Source of the DNA: Anolis carolinensis
Lineage: Eukaryota
Direction: 5' to 3'
Assembly: GCF_035594765.1 (NCBI RefSeq)
Contig: NC_085841.1
Coordinates: 65,953,574 to 66,017,573, forward strand
Length of the DNA: 64,000 nt
Positions 1 through 14,474 of this stretch are shown piece by piece (position 1 is the stretch's first letter; every line of letters starts with the position of its first letter). The notes below the pieces were generated by a model. It saw only the letters and a list, made by a program, of their open reading frames with translations. It was not told the origin of the DNA and did no database searches. A program made the position numbers and the translations under genes.

Positions 1-149
1 TTTCATGAAAACTAGCACTAGAAATTTCTTCTTCTACTTAGTCTCAAATGTGTGATTGGGTTCTTTTATGCTAAAAAAAATCTTAGTTTGCATATCTTTT
101 TGAATACTACTAAAAGGATAGTGTATATAATTGAGATACTTTAAATATA

Positions 150-246
150 ATACATCCGGGCACCCCTGGGCAACGTCTCTGTAGACTGCCAATTCTTTCA
201 CATCAGAAGCGACTTACAGTATATTCTCAAGTCGCTTCTGACACAA
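150..246 (+). mobile_element. 3' fragment of the same SINE family
   Basis: CATCCGGGCACCCCTGGGCAACGTC...GCCAATTCT...AAGCGACTT...AAGTCGCT matches the 19.7-kb copy. Confidence 0.75.
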
Positions 247-730
247 TTTTAAAAAAGTAGAATCACCATTAGATAATGATCAAATCCAAAAGGTTTATTC
301 AGGCAGAGATAAAAATAAAATTTAACCTTGAATTTATTATGCTCAAATATTTGTAGGTTTTCTTTTATTGAAATGTAATCATGGGCCTTGGCTGTGTTTT
401 CTTTTCTACCCTCTTTATTTCCAAATCCCACAAGAGCTGTCATTTCAGCCAAATGATTCCTTTCCAATAATCCATTCATTGTACATGCCTCTGAGGACAA
501 TATGTCCTGAGTTCAGAAAAATCTGGGCAATTAATAGTTGAATGACTTTGCAATTCTGTGATGGTTCACAGCTTTTTCATTAAGACAATTTCCTTAAAAG
601 AGAGAAAGAGGAATGTTAACAATCTGAGACAGGATGGAGATGCACTGGAACTTGGAGACACGCACTCTCTTGTTTTTTCTTTCACTTATTTGCTTCATGC
701 TTTTAATATGTGCCTTTCTTAAACTGGCAG

Positions 731-1018
731 ATTGCGCAGCCCAAAGCTACGAAGTGCCCTGACAAGCATAGCCAAAGTCTAGATGACATTCGTCTTCACA
801 AGTGTCTTCACCCACCACTCAGTGCCACCCTGTCTTCAGATACCTCCCACAGCTATACCTTTGGTTGTGCATTAGAGGACAAACTCGCCAGCTACGGATG
901 TGTTTATTCAACAGCTGACTGTAAAACCAAGTCAGCTCTCTATGGAAAGAGATCCATGAACTGTTTGTCTCTGGACCTCTTGGGAGAAGATCAGCTTCCA
1001 GAGGAATTTGTGGTGTGA
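731..1018 (+). CDS. FRMD1: Last coding exon of a FERM domain-containing protein 1 (FRMD1/FRMD6 family) gene
   Basis: Pyrimidine tract and CAG acceptor at 728-730. The ORF ends ...RSMNCLSLDLLGEDQLPEEFVV*, like the FRMD1 C-terminus as I recall it (LDLFGE..PQEFVV). Convergent with KIF25, as in mammalian synteny. Confidence 0.8.
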   Translation: MAQPKATKCPDKHSQSLDDIRLHKCLHPPLSATLSSDTSHSYTFGCALEDKLASYGCVYSTADCKTKSALYGKRSMNCLSLDLLGEDQLPEEFVV

Positions 1019-4000
1019 TCAACTGAAGAAGCTCTTGGGTCAATCTGGCTGAACAGCATCTGTAAACATGAAATGACCGCTGGTCTAATGGGAAAGAGAA
1101 GCTGTTCTCTCCCTGTATCTCTATACCTCATAATGTGGGAAAGCTGCTTTCCTTATTGCTTGCCCCTCTGTGGTTTATCTTTTTTTTTATTCAACAGACC
1201 TGATCAAAGTGCAAGTTAATAATTAAAGTACATCCTTGTCAGTGCTCCAGTATTGGAGGAGGGCTTTTGAACCATTGACAAGAAAATCTTTCTCGCTAAA
1301 ATGCCTGGTGGGCAAATGATTCACACTAATGAACACACTTGGCAGACATACAGCTATATTTGCTTACTTTTTTAGACAAACTGGTTTGCTGTATTGTGGG
1401 GTTTCCCCCCACACTGCTTCATCATGTGTAATTCTTTGGAAAATTGCTTTCCCAGGATGTACCATCATCAACTGTCTGCCTAATTTATGCACTGCAATGG
1501 CCTTGTGTCAGAAGCAGTTTTCAATTTGTATGTCCAAATATTTTGGAAATAATAGTGATACCTATTGGCATGTACTTTAACTCCTCAAGAAGCTATTTGG
1601 ATGTCATTTCCTGTTTTAGCTTTTCCTCTTCTACTCAAAGCCATTTCCTGCAAACGTAACCAGAAAGACAACAGCAGATTATTATTTGATACAGGTAGCA
1701 TTTTATACCCGATTATTTGCAAGGCGCTGAATTGTGATGTAGGGCAACATATAAGAAAATTGTGAGATGGTTGTTAGAAGTAAAAATGTCAGAAATTGCT
1801 TACAAATGATAATGCATGCCAGCAATTTCTGTAGGACTGCTTCATGACTTTCCCAGAGCTATACAAATATGACAACTTTCCTTTGGGGTTTATGGACAGT
1901 TCCGTGTGCATCGGAAACCCATTGATTTCACTGAGACATGAGCAACCTTTATAGGGTGGTATGAACAGAAGGTAGGGAAAGAATCCTGCTAATTAAGATT
2001 AATTTCAAAATTAATCTTAATTCTGAAATACTCCTTAATCCTAGCTTTGTTTCACCAAGAACGTTGCCTTAACTTTTATGAACAATGTAACAGTATACTT
2101 CATATATTTTTAATATGCTCCTCCCTCATGGGCCAATTAATACACTCATGTTCATCATTCACTTACTGACTGTACAGACAAGACAGTATGACCTGCTAGC
2201 ATGGAGCTAAATTTCTCTTTTGAATTTTTCCAGTACAAAGCAATGTATTTTGAGTGAAAGGAGAAGGGTTTTATGTTTGAAGGAGGAACTCTCATTGGTT
2301 AGCTCAGCATTGCATCATAGTTCTACATTTGGACCTAAGTTTCCAGGTTCTGCCAATAGTTTATTTTTCTGGAGTGAAAAGGAAACCATTACCATCATAG
2401 TTTTCCAGTCCTTCCAAAGTACTTCAGTTTCACTCACGGACACATAAAAAAGTGAAATGACTCCCCCTCAAATTGGGTAGTAAATTTTGAGGCATGATTC
2501 AAGTCAGATCCATTGCCTACCCATTCAAATGAGCCCTTTATCACTACTTCCCAAACTTTCATTCCAGTACCCATACAATTGCTTACAAGTGGAAATAACC
2601 AACACATTTGACCTAGAATTATTTAAGGCTAGCCGAAATAAAATATCAACCTGAAAGGATTGTCTCTCCTCTCCCTGCCCCCCCCCCCCATGATAGAAGT
2701 GGAGGACCCAAACAAGCAGCACAATGTTAAAGCCCCACACATGCATTCTTATCTAGATCAAGCACAGTTGTACACTTGTTTTTTCTAGTCACACGATTGT
2801 TAATTGAATTATTGGTGTCTTTTCTTGTTTGGCCCCCAGTGTTGGGTAACAAAGAAGCAAATAAGTGGTGTACATAACTGAGTTAAACCATTCTAAATCT
2901 TTCCATATATTTTCATTGTCTCCTTTAGTTTAGTGTTGCATTGTTTCAAGTGCAGGTGTGCTTTGATGGTGAAACTGAGAATGTAATTCAAGCAACATAT
3001 GATTATCTTAATAATATTATTCCTTCTTTTTGCAGTATAATATTTGTTTTGTCCACCCCAAGTTTGTTCCCTAGAACATGTTTTTTCTAGAATGGTTGTT
3101 GCCATAGAGATAAATTAGGGGGTCAAGAAAACCCAGTTCCCACAAAATTGTAGGGCTGGCAAAAACCAGTAACATCTACAGGAGTTTTATTTTATCTGGC
3201 TCCAAACATTTAAAGAGAAGGAACAGGGGGAGGAGGGATGTGGATGAAAGGTTGCTGTTTTGGCACATTTTATTTTCTTGCATGCCTCCTTGCAAAAGGG
3301 GTGAGAAGGCAACCACGGGTTCTGAGAACTACCTTTAAAGCAGGTGTCTTTCACAATCCCCATGAAAATAAATGGATGTTGCCCTTCTGTAGAGCTTGGG
3401 CAGGACCTCTTCCCAGTAGATTGTGGTTTTTTCTTGCTTTTGCTAGTGTGAGTTTTAGTGATCCTTGTAAACCAATTAGTTGCCCTATAATCTGTGTATG
3501 GAAATTGTACTAATGGTGTTGGACTGCAGTTCCCAATATCCTTTCCCATGTGGTATGCTGGAAGTTGCCACCCAACAACATGTAGGGCATATTCATGCTG
3601 CACACTTAAAGCTGTATGGTCCCATTTTAATTGCCACAGCTGCATCCTGTGGAATGCAGGAGTTGTAGTATAGTGAGGTACTAGAATGTTCTGGCTAGAA
3701 ACTCTAAATGCACCTTCTTAAAATGCAAATCCCAAAATTCATAGAAGCCATGGCAATTAAAATGAAAGCATAATGCTAACATGGTGCAATTTGAAAGGGT
3801 TCCTAGAGGGCCCCATGACTCCAGTCATCCTCTTGGTAATTTTATTTATTGTAGTGGTTCTCAATGTGGGGTCCTCAGGTGTTTTTGGCCTACAACTCCC
3901 AAGACCACCAGCCAGTTTACCAGCAGTTAGGATTTCTGGGAGTTGAAAACCAAAACATCTGAGGACTCACAGTTTGGGAACCACTGATTTATTGGATCTG

Positions 4001-6570
4001 CTCTATAGCACCATCTTCCTCCTGTTTTAACAAATGCTAACTTTCATATCCATTGTGAGCATGCATGAAGCATCCGTAGCATCCCTTCCAGTTGTTCCCT
4101 TCAAATGTTGCTCATTGTTCTAGGCTCTTAGGTACTTTCTCTGCTTTTAACCCATATATTCATATTTATTTTATTTTAGTAAGTGAAAAAGAAAATCCTG
4201 CACTGTTCATGTGCCTTGACCCAGTTTTTCAAAACAGGTATAATGGGATAGTGTCCAGCCTGAGGGCTAGCTCTCCCAGGGAGTCATGGAATCCAGAAGT
4301 GATCCTGCTAAATACAGGTTACTTGAAGTCTGAATGAATGCTGTTCCCTCACCATCTTTTCTTTCCTATTGAAAAGGTAATTTGAGAAGCTGGACCAACA
4401 GTGATACAAATGTGTCTTAATGAAAATTCTCCAAGAACTGTGACGGTTATTATGCAATTTTCTTTTGAGTCTCATGAATATGAGAGTTCTCTCTCTCAAA
4501 CACACATACACACACATATATATATATTGGTTTTCATCATAAGGTTCTGTTTCACGTTTGGTTTAGCTGTGGTTTGGAATTTTTATTTTATTTTTAAAGG
4601 CTTTTAATCTACTGAAGATATGAAAACCAGCTGTCAATATTTGTTCAGCTGTAAGATACTGGTTGCAGTCACTCCATTTTTAATGACTGATGTTCCTCCT
4701 TTCCATGAAAGGAAATATTTTGTATGGGAAAAACACATGAACAACACACATAGATTGATTTGTCTGTCTCTGTATACATATGTAATAAAAATGGTAGAAA
4801 AACATGCTTGTATGTGTGTAATTCCAGAGTTGGATGGAAGTGTGCAAGTGGTTGTTGCAGCTATGCAATAGAACATTCAAGGATGTTCTTGTCAACTGTA
4901 TGTCTTCTCATACCTATTGAACTTCTACGACCTTTGCAAAGTCAGCCACTGTGGAAATCGAGGTCTGGGAAGCCAGGCAGCATTGTCACCCCATTCCTCC
5001 CTTGGTTTGACAAGGACATCATCTTCCATTAGACAAATTTCTGGAAAAAGCTTTCTTTAAATACATTAAACTGATATTTCTTTCTGTTGGCAACATCTAG
5101 TATCTACTCTTGCTTAATTCATCAGCTGTGGGAGAACTGGTTTATCTTGTGTCCTAAGAGAGGAGAGGCAGAAAAAGTGTCCAGCATATTCCTAACGGCC
5201 CATCCAGACAGGGCCCATAACATGGTATCTCCCGTGGTTTTACCAGAGGCATCCATTAATTAATCCCGAATTAGTTTGATACTCCATTAGACCCGGGTCT
5301 TCCTGAAAGACCCAGGTGTAACAGAGCATGGGCTTTGTGGGGACTGACCCTAGACTAGCCCAGCGACTACTGAGGGGTAATCCTCACAGTCCAATTTGTT
5401 TTTTGTTTTTGTTTTTTGGGTCCCATGGGCCTGGAGAACTGAAGTGGGAACCCACCCCCTCCCCAAATCCCCCTTAAACCTTTAAAATAAAAACTTACTA
5501 GGTTGCCATTAGGTCTTTTGGCATGCTAAGAAGTGGGCGGGGGGGGGGGGCAGCAATTTGCCTCTCCTCTTTGTGCTACATTGATAATTCCAGGAAGCAT
5601 GCCGAGAAGCCTAATGGTGGCCCAGTAAGTTTTTATTTTATTTTAAAGGTTTTACAGGGGGATTTGAGTTGTCCCCATTGTAGCACTGTATGCTACAATG
5701 GGGACAACACACGGGAAAGCCCGCTTATTTTGGACAGCAACACAGGAGAAAAGGGGTTACTTTAACCTGTTTTCTCCCATGATAAATTGCCTAAGACTGT
5801 CAAATCTGCCCAGAGGTAGGACCAATGGAGGTGATAAAATATCGGGCTGCATTTTCCATCCTTCCTGGTTATAATGTATGAAACCTATATGCAGAGCCAG
5901 TCCTACCATTAGGCAGAAGGATTTAGTCCTTTCAAATACTCAGTACTAGGGAATACATAAGTGCACCTCCATCCAGTCCTACCTAAACAGCTAGCAGATG
6001 CATCACTTGAAAGTCTCTTTAGTTGCTGATGAAGGTGCAAGGAGAATATTTCCAGCCCTCTCCTGTCAGCATGCAAGACTGACAGACTGAAACAGCATTC
6101 CCGTTGTAGGAAACTATTTTTTAATATTTAATAGAAAACATGGTTTTTGCACAAAAGCCCACATTCAAATGTAAGGAAAACATGGAGGAATACTCATTTT
6201 CTCCTGACATATCAAGATACCTACCATAATTACTCAATATTAATGTCAGGTTTAAGCAGGTGAGGATGTACAACCCAATACATTCTTCCTGAATTCAATA
6301 TCTTGCAACTTCCATCAACAAATGACAAAGATGATGGAGATTAAAGGAACCATATTTCAAAAGTGTCGGGGTAAGGGAAGTTTCTATAGAGCTTGTAGTA
6401 ACTTGTGTGGCTTGAAAGTTCTGTATGTTTTTATGCACACCTGGATTTGTAGGTCATCCATCTAACACTATTTTTGTGTGAAAAAAATATTTCAGCACTT
6501 ATCTTCTTTGTTCCATTTGGTAACTATATTTTAATGACATCTTGGAACATGGATGATATTTAATCTTTAA

Positions 6571-6607
<37 letters not shown>

Positions 6608-7067
6608 CTTTATTTATACCCCGCCACCATCTCCCCAACGGGGACTCGGGGCGGCTTACATGGGGCCACAATTAAAAAATACAATAAATAATCATGTACA
6701 GTACAACACAAAATCAAAAAAGCAATATAACAGGGCGGGCCGCATGAACACTCAGTTAAAACTTGGGGTGAGAAAAGATAAGAATAAAACCACGGGGAAC
6801 AGGGACATAAGATAGAAAAACAGTCTAGAGGATGGATGTTGGGGGGGAGTAACAAAAAAAGTGTATAACAGTTACTCTCCAAAAGCACACTGGAAGAGCC
6901 ATGTTTTTAAATCTTTCCTAAAGGCTAAAAGAGTGGGGGCTTGCCTGATTTCAATGGGCAGTGAGTTCCACAAATGGGGGGCCACAGCAGAAAAGGCCCT
7001 CTCCCTTGTTCCCACAAGGCGGGTCTGGGATATAGGCAGTGGCGACAGGAGGGCCTCGCCTGATGAT

Positions 7068-7746
7068 GCGAAAAAGACCTTGGAGTCCTTGTGGACAACA
7101 AGTTAAACATGAGCCAACAATGTGATGCGGCTGCTAAAAAAGCCAATGGGATTCTGGCCTGCATCAATAGGGGAATAGCGTCTAGATCCAGGGAAGTTAT
7201 GCTCCCCCTCTATTCTGCCTTGGTCAGACCACACCTGGAATACTGTGTCCAATTTTGGGCACCACAGTTGAAGGGAGATGTTGACAAGCTGGAAAGCGTC
7301 CAGAGGAGGGTGACTAAAATGATTAAGGGTCTGGAGAACAAGCCCTATGAGGAGCGGCTTAAAGAGCTGGGCATGTTTAGCCTGCAGAAGAGAAGGCTGA
7401 GAGGAGACATGATAGCCATGTACAAATACGTGAAGGGAAGTCATAGGGAGGAGGGAGCAAGCTTGTTTTCTGCTGCCCTGCAGACTAGGACACGGAACAA
7501 TGGCTTCAAACTACAGGAAAGGAGATTCCACCTGAACATCAGGAAGAACTTCCTCACTGTGAGAGCTGTTCGACAGTGGAACTCTCTCCCCGGGGCCGTG
7601 GTGGAGGCTCCTTCTTTGGAGGCTTTTAAGCAGAGGCTGGATGGCCATCTGTCGGGGGTGCTTTGAATGCGATTTCCTGCTTTTTAGCAGGGGGTTGGAC
7701 TGGATGGCCCATGTGGTCTCTTCCAACTCTACTATTCTATGATTCT
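7068..7746 (+). mobile_element. 5'-truncated CR1 LINE nested in the L2
   Basis: [17 protein letters not shown]...LESVQRR...RRLRGD motifs; (ATTCTATG)n tail; ATGAT on both sides; removing it restores L2 RSLRS|SGEA. Confidence 0.95.
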
Positions 7747-10528
7747 ATGATCGAAGAGATCGGGCAGGTTTATGGTAGGAGAGACGGTCACGAAGGTAGG
7801 TTGGTCCCAAACCGTTTAGGGCTTTATAAATGATGGTCTGGACCTTGAATTGGGATCGGAAAATGAACGGCAGCCAGTGGAGCTCCTTAAACAGGGGAGT
7901 AGATCTCTCCCTGTAACTGGCCCCCGTTATTAATCTGGCAGCCGAGCGTTGGACCAGTTGTAATTTCCGAGCCGTCTTCAAGGGAAGCCCCACGTAGAGC
8001 GCCTTACAGTAGTCCAGTCTAGAGGTAACTAAGGCATGCACCACCGTGGTCAAGTCAGACTTCACGAGGTATGGTCGCAGTTGGCGCACAAGTTTGAGTT
8101 GTGCGAAAGCCCTCCCGGCCACCGCCGACACCTGAGCCTCAAGCGTCAACGCTGAATCCAGGAGGACCCCCAAACTGCGGACCTGTGATTTCAGGGGGAG
8201 TGCAACCCCGTCCAGCACAGGTTGCCACCCAATACCCCGATCCGACGAGTGACTGACCAGGAGGGCCTCTGTCTTGTCAGGATTGATCCTCAGCTTGTTT
8301 CTCCTCATCCAGTCCGCCACAGCGGCCAGGCACTGGTTCAGCATCCGAGGGGCTTCCTTGGATTCAGATGGAAACGACTAGTGGATTTGTGTGTCATCGG
8401 CGTAGAGATGGCAACACCCTCCAAAACTCCGGATGACCTCTCCCAACGGTTTCATGTAGATGTTGAAAAGCATGGGGGATAAGCTAGACCCTTGCGGGAC
8501 CCCACAGGTCAATGGCCAGGGGTCCGAGCAGGTATCCCCCAGCTTCACCATCTGGGAACGGCCCTCCAGGAAGGACTGGAGCCACTGCAGAACCGTGCCA
8601 CCGAGCCCCATCCCAGAGAGCCTCCCCAGAAGGATACCATGGCCGCTGAGATGTCCAAGAGAACCAGCAGGGTCACACTCCCCCTGTCCAGCTCCCTGCG
8701 GAGGTCATCCACCAAGGCGACCAAAGCCGTCTCGGTACTGTGCCCAGGCCTGAAGCCAGACTGCGAGCGGTCCAGAAAATCAGTGTCAACTAGGAACTCC
8801 TGGAGCTGCGTGGCAACCACCCGCTCCAGAACCTTGCCCAAAAACGGGAGGTTGGAAATTGGTCTGTAGTTGTTACATACAGATGGGTCTAACAAGGTCT
8901 TTTTTAATAGCGGTTTTACTACCGCCTGCTTGAAGCAGGATGGAATTGACCCCTGTCCCAAAGAGGCATTTATTATAGCCACAAACCAATCCAACAGCCC
9001 CTCTTTGGCCTGCTTAACCAGCCAAGAGGGACAAGGATCCAGAGTGCAAGCGGTCACCCGCACAGACCCAAGAATCCCCTCCACATCATCAGGAAGAACA
9101 AGCCGGAAAGAATCCCACAAGATCGGACAGACAGGTACCTCGGTTACCTCCGCTGGAACTACAATTAAGCTGGAGTCCAACTCATGGCGTATCTGAGCAA
9201 CTTTGCCTGCAAAATGGTGCGCAAAATCGCTGCACCTAGCTGCCGAGTCATCAGGAAGCCCCTGGGTCTCAGGAGGCCACAAGAGCTCCCCAACAACTCG
9301 GAACAGCTCCACTGGCCTGTTGGCCGCAGACAGCTTTCCTGGCTGCTCGCAAAGCCATGGAGTAAGCCTTAATAGCGGCTTTAGCCCGTGCTTGGTCAGA
9401 CACATCCTGAGATTTCCTCCAGATGCACTCTAGTCCCCTCCTCGCACACTTCATCACAGCCAGCTCCTCAGTGAACCAAGGAGTCGATGTGACTCTACGC
9501 AGTGAGAGGGGACGTTCGGGAGCGATCGTGTCCAATGCCCTTGCCAACTCACTGTTATAGCGCTCCGCCAGGACATCGACAGGAACAGGAAGATCCCCAA
9601 GAGACCTCAGGAGTCCATCCGGATCCGTCAGCCTCCTGGGGCGGACCATCTTAGTGGGTCCACCACCCCTGCGGAGGTTAGAAGACACGGTGAGACTTAA
9701 ACAGATCAGATGATGGTCAGACCATGACAATGGAAGAATATTTTGCTCTTCCACTCTGACTGTCCCACCGTCCACAATAAAAACAAGGTCCAACGTGTGT
9801 CCCGCTTGATGAGTGGGCCCAGATATAACTTGAGACAGCCCCATGGTCGTCATGGCAACCATGAAATCCTGAGCTGCACCTGTCAATGTGGTCTCGGCAT
9901 GAATGTTGAAGTCTCCCAAAACTATAATGTGTTGGGAGACCAGGGCCACATTAGAGACCACTTCTGCTAGCTCGGACAGAGAGACTGCTGGGTCGCAGGG
10001 TGGACGGTACACCAGCAGAATCCCCAAGCTGTCTCGGGCTCCCACCTTCAAGAAGACACACTCAAACCTCAAGGATTGCGGAACGGCGCATCTGATCAGG
10101 GCGATGAACTGCCGAAAGATCACCGTGACCCCTCCTCCCCACCCCCCAGTCCTGGCCTGCTGATGCACCCCAAAACCCGGTGGACACAGCTGGGTGAGAT
10201 TCACCCCACCCAGCTCGTCCACCCAAGTCTCGGTGATGCATGCCAGATCCGCCCCCTCATCCAGGATTAAATCCTGAATAACAGCTGTCTTACCATTGAC
10301 AGATCTGGCATTCAAAAGCAGAACCTTAAGGCCGGGGGGTCTGTCCTGAAGACTACCACACCTATTCCTTTCCAGGGTCGCAAAAACTCTGTTGCGCTTC
10401 TCCCTGGGTCGCAAGTGACCGCTCTTCCTCCTCTTCCTCCCTCACACCACCTCGATGGTGCCCCCCCTGTGGGAACCCTCTTTCCTCTGATGGATTGCCT
10501 GATTAAGATTGCCTTCTAAAGGGGTTAG

Positions 10529-11559
10529 TCAACTGTCCTGGGATTGGGAGCCCCCAAAAGTATTTGTTTGTTTAAGGAAGGAACCCATCTCCATTTGTGG
10601 GAGAGAGAAGGAATCATCTGACATGACGTCATCTGACATTGAAAGGGGGCTAAACAAAGGTAATGTCTGTGGGCGGGATTGGGAGGTGGAACTGGCATAA
10701 CTTAAAATTGGGGAGGGGGTCTCAAAGTGGAACTCTGAAAGGGGGGCCAGCACCGGCGAGCATTCGACCCCGTTGTTTGATATTATTAGATCTTGTGTGT
10801 CGGAGTTCAGCCCGCTAACCAAGGGGCGAATCAATGGATCTACTAATACCCTTCTAAGAGTGATGCCCCGCAGTTGTAATTTGGGCCCAAGTGAGAACAA
10901 TTCCTCCACTAACAATCTGTCTTCCAGTCCAATAAGAAGACATGAGGAGCGGTCCCGGGAATGGTAATCTCTACGAAGCCAGTCAATGGTCTCGATCTTC
11001 ACTTCCGACCAGCTTACAGATAGAATTTGCGATAGAGATATCTGGACCGCTCGCTTAGATGTCCATCTGCCTCTGTTCAGTATTGAGTCTGAAACTTCCA
11101 CTGCCACCCTATTAGTTCGTAACAGATATTGGGAATTGCAGGGAATGTCCAGCGATTGTCCAAACAATTCAGAGGCTGATGCATTGTTAGTCCTCTGAGA
11201 GACTCTGTTAGTCTCCTTCCAGCCATCCCTCCCCTGTCCCTCTCCCTCGGATAGCAACCCCCTCCCCCCCCAGCCACTTCCGCACCAAACCTATTAGCTA
11301 CCTTCTGCTCCTCCAGCCTCTTCCTTCTTTGGCCTTCCAGAGCACTAAATTCCTCTTTGACATTAGTAAAATTGGCTGGTACAGTTGTTCTACTGTCTAT
11401 AGGAGAAGGATTTTTCACAATCAGGGAAATTCCTTTAAAAAGAAGATCAATTTTCTTGTTCAGTATCTCAATCTGAAGCAAGACAGTACTGAACGATTTC
11501 CCCAAAAGGTCACATAGGTAAGAAAGATCATTCTTCCTCCGAGTTTCCTGCATACTCAT
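10529..11559 (-). pseudogene. L2 ORF1, split into two frames at a G-run (11258-11271)
   Basis: ORFs 11077-11559 and 10529-11257 lie directly upstream of the APE domain on the same strand. Confidence 0.6.
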
Positions 11560-12201
11560 TTTCTATTACCTTCTCAATGACCATCCAATAGTAAACCACT
11601 CAGATCTTTCAGAGTTGACACCCCGTTCCTAATATCTAATTCTGTCAGCCTCTCACACAATAATATGTCAACCTACATACACAAACCATCTATCACATTC
11701 CAAAACCATCAAATCAACCATCAATTAAACTCGAGGTACTCTCAAATCCTATGTGATTACTTCCTATGACGTTTAATACCAGACTCTCGTGCCCACTTCC
11801 AGAACATTTCTTGCTGTAGGTAGGTTGAGAGAAAATAACTGGGGAGGGGGGAATAATAGCTTGCTGTTCAAGTAGTGTCCAGTAGGATTTTTGTAATAAC
11901 TGCTCAGATTTCCCTTCCTCTACAAATTATTTTCTATCTTGTTATTCTCTGCCACATTCATTTCCTGCTAACCTTCAAGCATCCAGTAGATTACCCAGCT
12001 ACTAAGTGTTTATTGACATTTTTGGCAACCATCAGGGATTGGTTCAGGTTGTAAAGTATTATTCCTAATACAGCAGCCCAGACTAGTTCATGTTTTGAAT
12101 CATTCTGTAATAACAATTGGCCTTTCTCTGACTTTCTTTGTCAGGTGCTGGTCCTTAGTCTGGTTATTTCTCTCTTTACTTCAGCTTGGTTTCATAACAT
12201 A

Positions 12202-12498
12202 AGGTAAAAGGTAAAGGTTTTCCCCTGACGTTAAGTCCAGTCATGTCTGACTCTGGGGGTTGGTGCTCATCTACATTTCTAAGCTGAAGAGCCGGCGTTG
12301 TCCGTAGACACCTCCAAGGTCATGTGGCTGGCATGACTGCATGGAGCGCCATTACCTTCCCGCCAGAGCGGTACCTATTGATCTACTCACATTGGCATGT
12401 TTTCGAACTGCTAGGTTGGCAGGAGCTGGAGCTAACAGCGGCCGCTCATGCCCCTCCCGGGGATTGAACCTGGGACCTCTCGGTCTCCAGCGCAGTGC
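12202..12498 (-). mobile_element. Sauria SINE
   Basis: (ACCTTT)-type tail, characteristic body, TTCATAACATA target duplication on both sides. Confidence 0.85.
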
Positions 12499-13884
12499 TT
12501 CATAACATAGAAGAACTGAAATTGCTCTGTGTGTGTGTATGACACTATATTATATATATTTTTATTATATTATTTCACTGTTCTCTAAAGAACTCAGACA
12601 TCACCAAATATTTCAATTTTTCATCAATACAGTTGTAATATTTATATGTGTGTATATTCAAAAGTGTAAAATGCAATTTTATCTATGATGTTGCCATAAC
12701 ACCCACTTCAAGACACGGCATTTGAGTTCCATGAATCATGGTTCCCTGTAGAATCCTCACAGAACTATACCCACAATGTAGACCTTCCATAACACTGTGT
12801 GCATCTACACTAGGCTTTAACATACAGCCTGGGGGGCAGATACATCCTTCACAAGGATTTGGTGCAGCCTGCAGAGGCTCTGTGCCTAAGCCTTAGAAGA
12901 GGGAGGCCACATGCAATGCTACAACACAGCAGCAATCAGAACCTGCCATTCTCCTCTCCAAGTCTTTTACCTGTGGAAATGGACCCGTGGAAAGGTGGGT
13001 ACCACTGATAGATCCAATCAGGAGGCTGGAAGTGCTGGTCTCAGTTGGAAATATAGTCTGGAGAGGTTGTTAGACTTCAGTTGGAGTGGTGGAGAGCAGG
13101 GGTGAAATTTTAAGGGGTATGGGACCATTATTCAGGGAAATTGGAATCTTGGGCTCCATGTTAAATTAAATTTAACATTAGATTGGTTCTTTTAGAGGGA
13201 GAATGAGGAGGTAAAGAAGAAGGGCCTCAGTTTTTGCTTCTGCTCTTCTTTTTGCCTCTGGGTTGCTTCTGCCCACTCTTCCTCCTCCAGTGGGAAAAAT
13301 CACCAACTCCCTTCTATTGATATCTCTCCCTTGTGAGGGAGAAATGTAGTTTCATCATGAATTTGTTGTTGGGTCTTCATAGCAAAGCAAAGTTTCTCCC
13401 TCACAAATGAGGGAAATTAATGGTGCAAAGTTGGTGAATTTTCCCTCCAGAGAAGAAGACAACAGAGGCAACTCAGAGGCAAAGTGAAAGGAAGAGCACT
13501 GGACACAAGAACTGAAGTACTTCTTTCCCTTAGAAAAGGACTGCACTTGCCACTATACCAAGGGGAGACAGGGAAATTGAGGCTAATCCGCTTTGCTGCT
13601 GACTTGGAGGGAAAGGTGCCCACTCACAAGCCCCCAAGTAAGGTATTAAAAACCTATCTGTGACACAAAGAGATTTAGCCTATTTTATTTTGACCCCTTA
13701 CTGCTGCCAAATTGTATGGGACTGATTTATAATGTAGACTTCAGGCAGTTTCATGCCATTTTATTTGCCAAAGGCTTAATGCTATAGAATCCTTGGAGCT
13801 ATTGTTTGGTGTCAATCCAGCACTCTGGCAGAGTAGAATAAAGACCTTGTAAAACTATAGCTCCCATGATTATATAGCATAAAG

Positions 13885-14017
13885 CAGTGGTTCTCAACAT
13901 GTGGGTTCCCAGATGTTTTGGCTTACAACTCCCAGAAATCCCAGCCAGTTTACCAGCTGTTAGGATTTCTGGGAGTTGAAGGCCAAAACATCTGGGGATC
14001 CACAAGTTGAACCACTG
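13885..14017. mobile_element. Palindromic hAT MITE (CAGTGGTT termini); a related copy lies at about 3853-3987
   Basis: TIRs and TSD GCATAAAG/GCATAGAG. Confidence 0.8.
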
Positions 14018-14474
14018 GCATAGAGCTATGGCAGTTAAAATGGTGTCAAACTGGATTAATTTTATTTTATGTTGATTTTTGCCATTGGGGGACTTTTCTC
14101 TCTCAGCCAATGCCATTAAAAGAACATGAAAGAATGTTCATAAACATTTGTACCTCAGAAAAGGGGAATCCCGGATAGATAAACATACTTGCAGTTCAGA
14201 ACATATTTCATATCAACTAAAGTGAGTGTGTGTGCAGAAAATTGCATGGGTATCTTCATGGGACAACCCGGTTCTACTAAGCTGTGTAAGAGTTGCAGTT
14301 CAACATCTGAAGACCATCATATTCCCCATCTCTGCCCTAGACATATTTATGATGCTCATAATTTTTCACTACTGGTTACAAAATCTTCCTTAAGTAATTT
14401 TCAAATATTCAAGTGAAAGATGTTTTACCTATGTGTGAAATTTAAAAAAATAAATTATTAATTCTAATTATTAA

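Larger units (their letters stand above)
6570..11790 (-). mobile_element. Near-full-length, frameshifted L2-clade LINE (ORF1, APE endonuclease, RT, 3' tail with (TTA)n), interrupted by a CR1
   Basis: LLNARS...ITETW...GDFN...SDH (APE, 9269-10414); YRPISNL, QSGFRPGHSTET, GVPQGS, YADD, NPDKTE, SRLDYC, ELHWLP (RT/C-term) split over four frames. The 5' boundary is approximate. Confidence 0.9.

Noticed and set aside
1329-6500. Many 60-150 aa ORFs downstream of FRMD1
   Set aside because: Low-complexity composition, no domains or exon logic; consistent with UTR/intergenic noise and MITEs.
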